Positions 52,201 through 61,395 of a stretch of 64,000 nucleotides of DNA are shown here, in pieces. The DNA comes from Chromatiales bacterium (GTDB lineage Bacteria > Pseudomonadota > Gammaproteobacteria > SZUA-152). The notes beneath the pieces were generated by a model. It worked only from the letters and a program-made list of their open reading frames with translations, searched no databases and had not been told where the DNA came from. Positions within the stretch are counted from its first letter, which is position 1, and the number at the start of each line of letters is the position of its first letter. The stretch covers positions 1,309 to 65,308 of the forward strand of contig JALSGT010000076.1 of NCBI GenBank assembly GCA_026982555.1, written 5' to 3'. A program made the position numbers and the translations under genes.

Positions 52201-52314
52201 ATTGAATATTAAATATACACTATCACCATGTGATCGAAACTGGTCGCCAAAGCTCGGAAAAGTCGGTTATAATGGTCGGCTATTTTGGGTCGGTGTTGGG
52301 AGTTGGTCAATTAC

Positions 52315-54174
52315 ATGTCTATGAATGCAGAGCAACAATCGCAATTAAAACTGTTGATCGCGAAGGGTAAGGAACAGGGCTACCTGACATATCGGGAAGT
52401 CAATGACCACCTGCCTAGCGGTATTGTCGAGACGGATCAGATTGAAGACATCGTTCGCATGATCAACGATATGGGTATCGTTGTGCATGAAGTGGCGCCA
52501 GACAAAGACAGTATTGTGCTGTCTGAAGATGGCGTGTCCACTGATGAAGATGCAGCCGAAGAAGCTGCTGCCGCACTGGCTAAAATTGACAGTGATTTTG
52601 GTCGTACCACTGACCCCGTGCGCATGTACATGCGTGAAATGGGCACGGTGGAGCTGCTGACCCGCGAGGGTGAAATTGTCATCGCCAAACGTATCGAAGA
52701 TGGTATTAATCAGGTGATGAATGCCCTGTCACACTATCCCGGTACTATTCGTGCGGTGTTGGACATTTCCGAAAAAGTGGAAGCGGGTGAAACTCGTCTT
52801 ACCGATTTGCTTTCCGGTTTTGTGTCGGAAGACGATGAAATCCCTGCGCCAGCGCCCGCACCCGCGGCAAATAAAAATGACAAGACATCTGAGGATGGCA
52901 AGTCTGATGATGATGAGGAGGCTGTAGACACCGGCCCTGATCCTGAGGAGGTCAAAGAGCGTTTTGCCTCCATCAAAAAATTGTTTGTACGCCACAATAA
53001 GGCTGCGGAAAAATATGGCCGTGCAGATGAACGGTGTACAAAAATTTATACCCAGATGGTCAGTGAGCTGGCGGAAATCAAACTGGTGGCCAAAGTATCA
53101 GAAATGCTGGTGTCCAATGTGCGCGAAATCGTGAACAATGTGCGCGCCCACGAACGAGTGATCATGGATATTTGTGTCGGCAAAGCCCGTATGCCGCGCA
53201 AGGATTTCATCACCTCTTTTCCTGATAACGAAACTGACCTGGACTGGCTGCAAAGACAGATTGATGCCAAAGAAAGTTATTCTGCGGTGCTTGCGGATTA
53301 TGCGGATGAAATTCGCCGCGCCCAAAACAAATTGGTGGCCTTGCAGGAAGAGGCTGGTATCTCCATTGGCGAGATCAAAGAAATTAATCGCAAAATGTCC
53401 ATTGGTGAAGCCAAGGCCCGGCGTGCCAAAAAGGAAATGGTGGAAGCCAACCTGCGTCTGGTGATTTCCATCGCCAAAAAATACACCAATCGGGGTTTGC
53501 AGTTTCTCGACCTGATTCAAGAAGGCAACATTGGTTTGATGAAAGCCGTGGACAAGTTTGAATATCGTCGTGGTTATAAATTTTCGACTTATGCCACCTG
53601 GTGGATTCGTCAGGCCATCACCCGTTCCATCGCGGATCAGGCTCGTACTATTCGTATTCCCGTGCATATGATCGAGACCATCAACAAACTCAATCGCATT
53701 GCGCGACAAATGTTGCAGGAAATGGGGCGTGAACCCACGCCGGAAGAATTGTCAGAACGCATGGAAATGCCGGAAGACAAAGTACGTAAAGTGCTGAAGA
53801 TTGCCAAAGAACCTATTTCCATGGAAACCCCCATTGGTGATGATGAAGATTCACGCCTGGGTGACTTTATTGAAGATGCCAACCTGCTGTCACCCGTGAA
53901 TTCGGCTACCTTCGAGGGGTTGCGTGAAGCCACGCTGGATGTGCTGGACGGTCTTACTGCCCGCGAAGCCAAAGTGTTGCGCATGCGTTTTGGCATTGAC
54001 ATGAATACCGACCACACACTGGAAGAAGTCGGTAAGCAGTTTGATGTGACGCGTGAACGTATTCGTCAAATCGAAGCCAAGGCGCTGCGCAAGCTGCGCC
54101 ATCCCAGCCGTTCGGACAACCTGCGCAGCTTTATTGACGCAGAAAAAACCGAACAGTCTTCCTCGGGGTCTTAG
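52315..54174 (+). CDS. rpoD: RNA polymerase sigma factor RpoD (sigma-70)
   Basis: Regions 1.1-4.2 are recognisable, including an acidic spacer, [36 protein letters not shown], and a C-terminal HTH. Confidence 0.97.
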   Translation: MSMNAEQQSQLKLLIAKGKEQGYLTYREVNDHLPSGIVETDQIEDIVRMINDMGIVVHEVAPDKDSIVLSEDGVSTDEDAAEEAAAALAKIDSDFGRTTDPVRMYMREMGTVELLTREGEIVIAKRIEDGINQVMNALSHYPGTIRAVLDISEKVEAGETRLTDLLSGFVSEDDEIPAPAPAPAANKNDKTSEDGKSDDDEEAVDTGPDPEEVKERFASIKKLFVRHNKAAEKYGRADERCTKIYTQMVSELAEIKLVAKVSEMLVSNVREIVNNVRAHERVIMDICVGKARMPRKDFITSFPDNETDLDWLQRQIDAKESYSAVLADYADEIRRAQNKLVALQEEAGISIGEIKEINRKMSIGEAKARRAKKEMVEANLRLVISIAKKYTNRGLQFLDLIQEGNIGLMKAVDKFEYRRGYKFSTYATWWIRQAITRSIADQARTIRIPVHMIETINKLNRIARQMLQEMGREPTPEELSERMEMPEDKVRKVLKIAKEPISMETPIGDDEDSRLGDFIEDANLLSPVNSATFEGLREATLDVLDGLTAREAKVLRMRFGIDMNTDHTLEEVGKQFDVTRERIRQIEAKALRKLRHPSRSDNLRSFIDAEKTEQSSSGS

Positions 54175-54240
54175 TCAGCGGTCTTTACCAGTCCCGCAGT
54201 TTTCCTGATTGCGGGCAAGATGTTAAAATTTTCCACGTTT

Positions 54241-54317
<77 letters not shown>

Positions 54318-54615
54318 TATAAAACAATGAATTTCTATACAATTATTGACAGCTAAAAATGTTGGGCGTAAGGTCTCGACCCACTATTTTCAATTCTATT
54401 TAAACAGGAGGTCATTAGTGTTAAAAATTCCAACATTCAAGAGCCTCGTGTCCCTTACCGCCCGGTAAATTTATCCGGTCTGTACGGGCCGGGCTCCTGC
54501 AAAGTAACAGCTTGTTTATGTTTAATTGTCGGCACTTGTCGATGTGCTGGATTATTGTGTCCAGCACAGTTGTTCAATTGCGCTAAACAGTGTCTATAAA
54601 CGAAAGGAGAAAATA

Positions 54616-54945
54616 ATGATAAGGCCAAGAAACCGGGTTGCCTGCTCGCCGTTAATGCGTAAAGGCGGAGCCCATGTTAAATCGAAAACCGGGCAACGTG
54701 TGCGCGCCCGGCTTGATTTGGATAACGCGCTTTGTGAATGGTATGAAGAGAATGAATCAGACATCAACAAAAAAGAGAAAACAGACGGGGAGCCAATGGC
54801 TCCCCGCAGTTTATACGGCAGTTTCATAAAACCCCATACTTTTAGCCGGTGGAGTATTCGCTGGAGCTGGAAGTGCTGGAGAAAGTGTCGGGCAAGGTTG
54901 ACAAGTTGGCTGACCTTGCCATTTGTTTTCCCGGCGGCTTTTTAA
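54616..54945 (+). CDS. Small basic protein of unknown function; the 3' half of the ORF is probably not normal coding sequence
   Basis: A strong AGGAGA SD lies 7 nt before the ATG. The N-terminal ~45 aa look protein-like (SPLMRKGGAHVKSKTGQRVRARLDL..EW), but the tail is W/R/C-rich. Hairpins inside the ORF are at 54787..54805 and 54891..54920. Confidence 0.5.
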   Translation: MIRPRNRVACSPLMRKGGAHVKSKTGQRVRARLDLDNALCEWYEENESDINKKEKTDGEPMAPRSLYGSFIKPHTFSRWSIRWSWKCWRKCRARLTSWLTLPFVFPAAF

Positions 54946-55055
54946 GCAGCGGGTGCGTCAGGAATAATCAGGTCAGTATATTCCCGGGTTGTGAGGTGTT
55001 AAATGTTATAAGTGCTTGGTTGTGATAGTGTAATACAATATACAGGGGTGCTGAT

Positions 55056-55631
55056 ATGAATGGTTATCCACTCATTCTCAAACTGGATAAGGCAGGCAAT
55101 CCATTGAAGTGGATTGACTATGAGGCAGCGATTAATCTCTATGCCAAAGACTTGGTTATCACTTCTTTGGGTGATGAGAGTATGGTCTTTCATGGTGGCG
55201 TGAATGCGGTTTCGCGCACGGGCTCAAAGATTGTGGTTGGCTCAATCCTGTTAACAACAGCCCGGGTGAATAATCGTAAATGGGTAGCGGGCGTTGTACA
55301 TCCACTGACCAACCGTACACTGTTTCGTCGTGATGGCATGTTGTGTCTGTATTGCGGTGAGTCTTTCGCGGAACGGAATTTAACGCGCGATCATGTTGTG
55401 CCCACCAGCCGAGGTGGCAGTGACTCATGGACGAATGTTGTTACAGCCTGTGTACGTTGTAATAATCGTAAAGGTAATTCCCTGCTGGAGGACATTGACA
55501 TGAAGTTGCAAGCCGTGCCATTTGCACCTAACTATGCCGAGTGGATGGTGTTGTCTAATCGTCGCATCATGGGGGACCAGATGCAGTTTTTGAAGGCCCG
55601 TTGCCCAAAGGGCAGTCGGTTGTGGCGTTAG
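55056..55631 (+). CDS. HNH endonuclease-family protein (~190-aa gammaproteobacterial type)
   Basis: CLYCG..LTRDHVVPTSRGGSDSWTNVVTACVRCNNRKGN HNH motif. The N-terminal ~90 aa domain is of unknown function. Confidence 0.85.
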   Translation: MNGYPLILKLDKAGNPLKWIDYEAAINLYAKDLVITSLGDESMVFHGGVNAVSRTGSKIVVGSILLTTARVNNRKWVAGVVHPLTNRTLFRRDGMLCLYCGESFAERNLTRDHVVPTSRGGSDSWTNVVTACVRCNNRKGNSLLEDIDMKLQAVPFAPNYAEWMVLSNRRIMGDQMQFLKARCPKGSRLWR

Positions 55632-55674
55632 CGGTGTTGTGCCGGATGTCTTGATGGGCTTTTTTGGAAGCGGG

Positions 55675-56319
55675 TTATTTTATCGCCCCATGCACACGTT
55701 TGTTGCGTAGCCATTTGAGCAGTGGCTGCCATTGCTCGATATCCTGTGCTACCAAAGACGGCGTCAGTTCAAAAATGCCTAACCCCTGTTCTTCAGCGTG
55801 AATATAGTTTTGTGTGTCACGCAGGGTAGCAATGAAAGGGATTTTCAGGCTCTTCAGAAATTTTTCCAACTTGTGATAAACCAGTGTGTTTTCCCGCACA
55901 CGGTTGGCGATGACTGCCAGCTTGGTCTGTTTTCGCGAGACTTTGCCGACTAACAATAAATCACGGATGAAATGTGATGCGGCTCGAATGTCGATGGGGG
56001 AAGGTAATACCGGGATGAGGATAGTGTCGGCGCGCTTCACCATGGCGGTGAGGTTTTTGCCACTGATGCCTGCGGGTACATCATAAATGGCCACATCAAT
56101 GTTGCGAGGAATACGCATGCCCTGCTCAGTGCCATCGATACCAAGAATTTCCCAGTCATCTTCCGAACGAACGGATAGCCATTCCAGGCCGGATTTTTGC
56201 GGATCAAAGTCCACTAGAGCGACAGCCTTGCCCTCAGTGGCGTAGTGGCTGGCAAGATTGCTGGCCAGTGTACTTTTGCCGCAACCGCCTTTGGCGTTCA
56301 ATAACATAATGCTGCGCAT
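55675..56319 (-). CDS. Orphan ParA/MinD-family P-loop ATPase (214 aa)
   Basis: Deviant Walker A NAKGGCGKST and DFDPQ. There is no adjacent parB. Confidence 0.85.
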   Translation of the reverse strand: MRSIMLLNAKGGCGKSTLASNLASHYATEGKAVALVDFDPQKSGLEWLSVRSEDDWEILGIDGTEQGMRIPRNIDVAIYDVPAGISGKNLTAMVKRADTILIPVLPSPIDIRAASHFIRDLLLVGKVSRKQTKLAVIANRVRENTLVYHKLEKFLKSLKIPFIATLRDTQNYIHAEEQGLGIFELTPSLVAQDIEQWQPLLKWLRNKRVHGAIK

Positions 56320-56379
56320 GATCGCTTCCTTTTTATCGGTCTGTATTTATCGGGCTGCCATTAGCCGCTGGTCGATTAT

Positions 56380-56432
56380 CCTAAATCAATCCGTTGAGCT
56401 GTAGCGAGAGCGGCTCAACAGATTAATTTAGG
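56380..56432. mobile_element. Minimal (53 bp) palindromic member of the MITE family
   Basis: CCTAAATCAATCCGTTGAGC and GCTCAACAGATTAATTTAGG (18/20 inverted), flanked by perfect ATTAT/ATTAT direct repeats. Confidence 0.65.
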
Positions 56433-56467
56433 ATTATAGTGGCAGACCGGTAAAAAAGTCGCGGGTA

Positions 56468-57961
56468 TTATGGCGTGTTGTCATCATTGGGTGGATCGTC
56501 AATTTCCAGTGATTTCCATATGTTATCGACTTTTTCTTTCACTTCTTCAGTCATTTGAATGGGCTCCCCCCATTCACGACGGGTTTCACCGGGCCACTTG
56601 TTAGTGGCATCAAAACCCATTTTTGAGCCTAGCCCGCTCACTGGAGAGGCAAAGTCCAGATAGTCGATGGGTGTGTTTTCGATGATGGTGGTGTCGCGTG
56701 CGGGATCCATGCGCGTGGTCATCGCCCAGATCACATCCTCCCAGTTGCGGATATCCACGTCGTCATCGCATACCACTACGAATTTGGTGTACATAAACTG
56801 GCGTAAAAATGACCATACCCCCAGCATCACGCGCTTGGCATGGCCGGGGTACTGTTTTTTCATACTTACGCAAGCCCAGCGATAGGAGCAGCCCTCGGGC
56901 GGCAGATAAAAATCCATGATTTCCGGAAATTGTTTTTGCAAAATGGGTACAAAAACCTCGTTCAATGCTACGCCTAATACGGCAGGCTCATCCGGTGGAC
57001 GGCCCGTATAAGTGCTGTGATAAATGGGCTTGCGGCGATGGGTGATACGCTCAATGGTGAATACCGGGAATTTATCCACCTCGTTGTAATAACCCGTGTG
57101 GTCGCCAAAGGGACCCTCGTCGGCGACGACACCTTCTTCCAGATAACCCTCCAGCACAAACTCGGCAGAGGCAGGCACCTGCAACCCGGAATTGCCGCAC
57201 TGCACCACTTCGGTTTTGGAGCCACGAAGCAGGCCAGCGAAACCGTATTCGGACAGGGCATCCGGCACCGGGGTCACCGCCGCGAGGATGGTTGCCGGGT
57301 CCGCGCCCAAGGCCACAGCAATGGGGAAACGCTCGCCAGGGTGTGTCACGCACCAGTCGCGAAAGTCCAGCGCGCCACCACGATGGGCCAGCCAGCGCAT
57401 GATCACCTGATTTTTACCGATGACCTGCTGACGGTAAATACCTAAATTTTGTCTGTTTTTATCCGGGCCTTTGGTAACCACCAGCCCCCAGGTAATCAAT
57501 GGCCCCGCGTCCCCGGGCCAGCAGGTCTGGATGGGCAGTTTGCCTAAATCGACATCATCGCCTTCGATGATGATGTCCTGACAAGGGGCTTTTTTCACCA
57601 CTTTGGGTGCCATGTTCAGCACCTGTTTGAACACCGGCAGTTTGTCCCACGCATCCTTCATGCCCTTGGGCGGCTCTGGCTCTTTCAGAAAGGCCAGCAG
57701 CTTGCCCACTTCACGTAATGCCTCCACGGATTCCTCGCCCATGCCCAGGGCCACACGCTCCGGGGTGCCAAACAGATTGCCCAGTACAGGAATATCTGAG
57801 CCCAGGACATTTTCAAACAGCAGCGCTGGGCCGCGTGCGCGCAAAGTGCGATCACAGATTTCGGTCATCTCCAGGTTAGGGTCCACTACCTGACTGATGC
57901 GTTTCAGCAGGCCACGTTTTTCCAGCTGGGTAATAAAGTCGCGCAAATCCTGGTATTTCAT
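56468..57961 (-). CDS. ubiD: 4-hydroxy-3-polyprenylbenzoate decarboxylase
   Basis: 497 aa. [22 protein letters not shown] is followed by UbiD family motifs throughout. Confidence 0.95.
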   Translation of the reverse strand: MKYQDLRDFITQLEKRGLLKRISQVVDPNLEMTEICDRTLRARGPALLFENVLGSDIPVLGNLFGTPERVALGMGEESVEALREVGKLLAFLKEPEPPKGMKDAWDKLPVFKQVLNMAPKVVKKAPCQDIIIEGDDVDLGKLPIQTCWPGDAGPLITWGLVVTKGPDKNRQNLGIYRQQVIGKNQVIMRWLAHRGGALDFRDWCVTHPGERFPIAVALGADPATILAAVTPVPDALSEYGFAGLLRGSKTEVVQCGNSGLQVPASAEFVLEGYLEEGVVADEGPFGDHTGYYNEVDKFPVFTIERITHRRKPIYHSTYTGRPPDEPAVLGVALNEVFVPILQKQFPEIMDFYLPPEGCSYRWACVSMKKQYPGHAKRVMLGVWSFLRQFMYTKFVVVCDDDVDIRNWEDVIWAMTTRMDPARDTTIIENTPIDYLDFASPVSGLGSKMGFDATNKWPGETRREWGEPIQMTEEVKEKVDNIWKSLEIDDPPNDDNTP

Positions 57962-58047
57962 AGTTTTTTGTTTTTAACAGGGGAATGATAATCCCCTGCC
58001 CTCAAGCCGTGTTGTTGTTTTCACTTCACCTCACCTCTCCTTGAGGG

Positions 58048-58114
58048 CATAGCCACCAGGCTAAACCGGGTAGGGTGGAACCGCTACGCTTGTTCCACTC
58101 TACGGTTTTACTCT
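58048..58114 (+). repeat. 67-nt REP-like hairpin element, copy 2
   Basis: Same orientation and about 58/67 identity to 2303..2369. Here the hairpin is 12 bp (GTAGGGTGGAAC/GTTCCACTCTAC, with one G-U pair). Confidence 0.7.
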
Positions 58115-58176
58115 GTATTGAATAGCTTTCGCCAGTGGAGCGTTCACAGAGATTATCAGCATACCAGAAAGCAGGA

Positions 58177-59793
58177 TTATGACGCCTTGACCGAACCTGT
58201 GTCAGGGACATCATTGAACAGAACCGCCGTCTCCTGCCAAACGTCGTCAGCAAAGCCACTGCCTGCTTCGGCGTAAAGGTTAACTGCATAATCCACACCA
58301 GCCTGTTTCAGGCGCTCGACTTCGTCATCGTATTTGGCAATGGCTGCAATGCGGCCTGGATAGTCAAGCTTGCGAATTTGTCGTACGGCAGCGAGATTCT
58401 CGTGATGACTGGGCATGGCCAGCAGGATCAGTTTCAGTATGTTTTTATCCAGGTTCATGCGCTCCCAAAATTCCGGATCAGTAGCACTGCCCGCGATAAC
58501 GCGGCGACCGGCAGAGAGGTGATCCTGTGCTGTCTGGTCATCCTGATCAATGCCCAGCACAACATTGCCAAGACGGGCGCGCATGCATTCGTAGGCACCG
58601 CTACCCACCCGGCCCATGCCAAGAATCATCACCGCAGTATCACCGGGTTTGATATCGGCCTCCTCAGGGATGCGGGGCCGGGTTTCGGCGCGCAATAATT
58701 TTTCACGATAGCGGCTGTAGAGGCGGTTTGCAGCCGTATTCAGTGGCGCAGCAAGAATGAACGAAAGGGCCAGGGCGATGGCAATGATCGCCAGCCAGTC
58801 ATTGCCGAGCCAGCCACTGGACACCGCAATAGCAGCGACGATGAGGCCAAACTCACTATAATTGGCCAGACTGAGGCTGCCCAGAAAGGCCGTGCGGGCC
58901 CGCAGCCGGAAGCGTGAAAACAGCCAGAAAAACAGACCGGTCTTTAGCGGCAACAGCAGTACCAGCAGAAGGGCAATACCCACGGTCTGTGCTGTGAGAC
59001 CACCAGCAAGGCCGATGGTGAGGAAAAAGCCCACCAGAAAAAGATCCTTGAAACTCAACAAATGACGAGCCAGTTCCTCTGATTTGGGATGCGTTGCCAG
59101 CAACAGACCAAGAATAAGCGCGCCGAGATCACCCTTTATGCCCACCATTTCAAATACCGTTGCACCGCCCAAAGCCAGGCTGAGTCCGAACAAAACCAGC
59201 AGCTCACCATGACCGGCTTTTTCCATGGCCAGCGTAAGCAAAGGGCGTAGCGGGATCAGCCCCAACAGCAGCAGAGCCCAGGGCGTGGGGATCTTGTCAA
59301 CGGAAAGCGCCAGAAATACCACAGCAATAATGTCCTGCACAATCAGTACGCCAATGGCGATACGACCATACAAGGCAGAGATGTCACCAGAGTCTTCCAG
59401 TACCTTGACCGCAAATACCGTGCTGGAAAAACTCAGGGCGAAAGTGGCCAGCAGAATACTGGTGAATTCAAGCTGGCTGAAAAACATCAGCCCGGCAAGG
59501 CCCAGGGCATAAAACCCGATGGAAGCGAACAGCACAATAGCGACCATGTGCAACGAAGCCACAGCCCAGACCTGCGGCATCAGCAAATTGCGCAGGCGCA
59601 GCTTGAGACCGATGATAAACAGCAGCAGAGTAATACCCAATTGCGCAAACAGATCAAGGCCGGGTGTGCTGCGCATGCCCAATGCAAACAGCAAAAAACC
59701 AGTGACGAGATAACCCACCATAGGTGGCAGGCCCGCCTGTCTGGCTCCCAGGCCGAGCAAAAAAGCAGCAGTAATGGCGAGGATTTCGGTCAT
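58177..59793 (-). CDS. Kef-type monovalent cation:proton antiporter (CPA2) with C-terminal RCK/TrkA-N domain
   Basis: About 12-TM Na_H_exchanger-like domain plus the Rossmann motif ILGMGRVGSGAY. The start is taken at MTEILAIT (59793), just after the xthA stop. Confidence 0.88.
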   Translation of the reverse strand: MTEILAITAAFLLGLGARQAGLPPMVGYLVTGFLLFALGMRSTPGLDLFAQLGITLLLFIIGLKLRLRNLLMPQVWAVASLHMVAIVLFASIGFYALGLAGLMFFSQLEFTSILLATFALSFSSTVFAVKVLEDSGDISALYGRIAIGVLIVQDIIAVVFLALSVDKIPTPWALLLLGLIPLRPLLTLAMEKAGHGELLVLFGLSLALGGATVFEMVGIKGDLGALILGLLLATHPKSEELARHLLSFKDLFLVGFFLTIGLAGGLTAQTVGIALLLVLLLPLKTGLFFWLFSRFRLRARTAFLGSLSLANYSEFGLIVAAIAVSSGWLGNDWLAIIAIALALSFILAAPLNTAANRLYSRYREKLLRAETRPRIPEEADIKPGDTAVMILGMGRVGSGAYECMRARLGNVVLGIDQDDQTAQDHLSAGRRVIAGSATDPEFWERMNLDKNILKLILLAMPSHHENLAAVRQIRKLDYPGRIAAIAKYDDEVERLKQAGVDYAVNLYAEAGSGFADDVWQETAVLFNDVPDTGSVKAS

Positions 59794-59800
59794 GGAACTT

Positions 59801-60583
59801 TCAAACCTCAGAAAATTCGGCAACCACCGGAGCGTGGTCCGAAGGTCGTTCCAGCTTGCGGGGCTCCTTGTCCACATAGCTGGCTGTGCAACGCTGGCTC
59901 ATGGCGGGGCTGGAAAGCAGCAAATCAATACGCATGCCGTGGTTGCGACGGAAACCAGCCGCACGATAATCCCACCAGCTATAGGTCTTTTCATCCTGCT
60001 CAAACAGGCGAAAAGTATCTGTTAATCCCATATCAATGAGCCGCTGAAAGGCGGCCCGCTCCGGCGGGCTGACGAGAATTTTATCTTTCCATCCCTCAGG
60101 ATCCCATAAATCACGGTCATCGGGTGCGATATTAAAATCACCCACCACCACAAATTTTTCATGTGCCGCCAACTGGTCTTCGATATATTTCTCCAAAGCG
60201 GCCAGCCAGCCCAGCTTGTACTCGTATTTTTCCGAACCCACCTCTGAGCCATTCGGCACATACAGATTCAAAAAGCGGACATCGCCGCTGTTGGTGTGTA
60301 CCGTTGCGCCCAGCACACGCCGTTGTGGATCATCCAGCCCCGGCAAATCAGTAATAACGTCGGAAGCTTCCGCCTTGCTCAGCAGTGCCACCCCGTTATA
60401 GGTTTTTTGTCCTGCAAAAGCGACGTGATAACCCGCTGCCCGAATATCCTCCAGTGGAAAATTATCATCAATGGTTTTGGTTTCTTGCAGGCCGAGAATA
60501 TCCGGCTGATGTTCAGCCAGCCAGTCCAGCACATGGGGCAGGCGGACTTTCAGAGAATTAACGTTCCAGGAAGCGAGTTTCAT
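59801..60583 (-). CDS. xthA: Exodeoxyribonuclease III
   Basis: MKLASWNVNSLKVR, LQETK, SDHAPV. Confidence 0.95.
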   Translation of the reverse strand: MKLASWNVNSLKVRLPHVLDWLAEHQPDILGLQETKTIDDNFPLEDIRAAGYHVAFAGQKTYNGVALLSKAEASDVITDLPGLDDPQRRVLGATVHTNSGDVRFLNLYVPNGSEVGSEKYEYKLGWLAALEKYIEDQLAAHEKFVVVGDFNIAPDDRDLWDPEGWKDKILVSPPERAAFQRLIDMGLTDTFRLFEQDEKTYSWWDYRAAGFRRNHGMRIDLLLSSPAMSQRCTASYVDKEPRKLERPSDHAPVVAEFSEV

Positions 60584-60784
60584 TATGTATTCCAGATTGT
60601 ATGCGTGAGGAAAACCAGTACAAGTTGTTTGCCAAACCGGGAATGATAACGTAGGTCGCCTTCGTAGTTGGAAAATATTTAACCCGGCCTTTGCCAGTAG
60701 TTGTACTTGCAGGGTTGAGGTTTACCATCAGACACGGTTTAAATTCCGCGAAACGCTGTGCTCTGGCTGGCAGAGTACAGCGGG

Positions 60785-60932
60785 CTACCCAGACAAAACT
60801 ATACCTGAAGAACTTACCACTGCATTGCCACCTCGATTCAACACATGGGTGTAGATTTGAGTGGCGCGTGCATCCTGATAACCAGGCTGCTTCTGCATTG
60901 TGCGGATATCCATACCCCGTTCCAGTAAAAAA
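60785..60932 (-). pseudogene. C-terminal ~48-codon remnant of an integron-type tyrosine recombinase (IntI-like)
   Basis: [41 protein letters not shown] resembles the [35 protein letters not shown]-terminus, including the catalytic Tyr. There is no upstream integrase sequence. Confidence 0.6.
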
Positions 60933-61085
60933 TTCATCATTTCTGAAGTCTTGCAATACTTCAGTAGGAATGTTATCCCCAATGCAAGTAGGGGAAGAGC
61001 CAGGAATAGTGTCCAGTTTTTCTGTTTCGGATGTTTGTTTTCCATTGATGTCGTCAACCCATACACCAGAATCAACAAAAATCAC
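60933..61085 (-). pseudogene. N-terminal ~51-codon remnant of a PIN-domain (VapC-like) toxin gene
   Basis: [43 protein letters not shown] matches the VapC N-terminus pattern (conserved Asp5). It is truncated and joined out of frame to the intI remnant. Confidence 0.55.
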
Positions 61086-61150
61086 TTATTAGTCTTCATG
61101 TCATTTAAAATATCTTCCCATTTCAATTTACCTCGGAAGCTCGAATTGTG
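61082..61150 (-). pseudogene. C-terminal remnant of a VapB-type antitoxin gene
   Basis: ..FRGKLKWEDILNDMKTNK*, with a GTGA stop/start overlap onto the PIN remnant. An in-frame stop 22 codons upstream and a likely frameshift show decay. Confidence 0.4.
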
Positions 61151-61395
61151 TCAGCTGGGATATTGAATGTGGAGTTAACATCGGGAAAATATTCCGCTTG
61201 AAATTTCAGTCCTGTAAAGTGGCTGTATAAAAAAACAGCATTTTTAGAGGAGGAGAAGTGGTGGCATGGTTTCGCCAGATTATTCCTGGCCTTTTCTGTG
61301 TTGGTTTCAGATACAGACGTTGTTTGTCATTGGTTTGAAGGTGTTGGCATCTTTAGACTATGCTTCATTTGTTCGAACGAAACCGGAGGTGATTT

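Noticed and set aside
54181-54240. Promoter/terminator assignment between rpoD and the tRNA (hairpin CCCGCA-N11-TGCGGG; TAAAAT at 54224)
   Set aside because: The hairpin lacks a T-run and the best -35 element (TTTCCT) is weak. This is plausible but not strong enough to list as a feature.
56351-56360. CGGGCTGCCA as an attR-like repeat of the tRNA 3' end (CGGGCCCACCA)
   Set aside because: It is only a partial match over about 10 nt and there is no integrase. This is too weak to define island borders.
60558-61085. 175-aa ORF taken at face value as a gene
   Set aside because: It is a chimeric read-through of a PIN-gene fragment into out-of-frame integrase-remnant DNA, and it overlaps the xthA start. 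I treat it as pseudogene debris.
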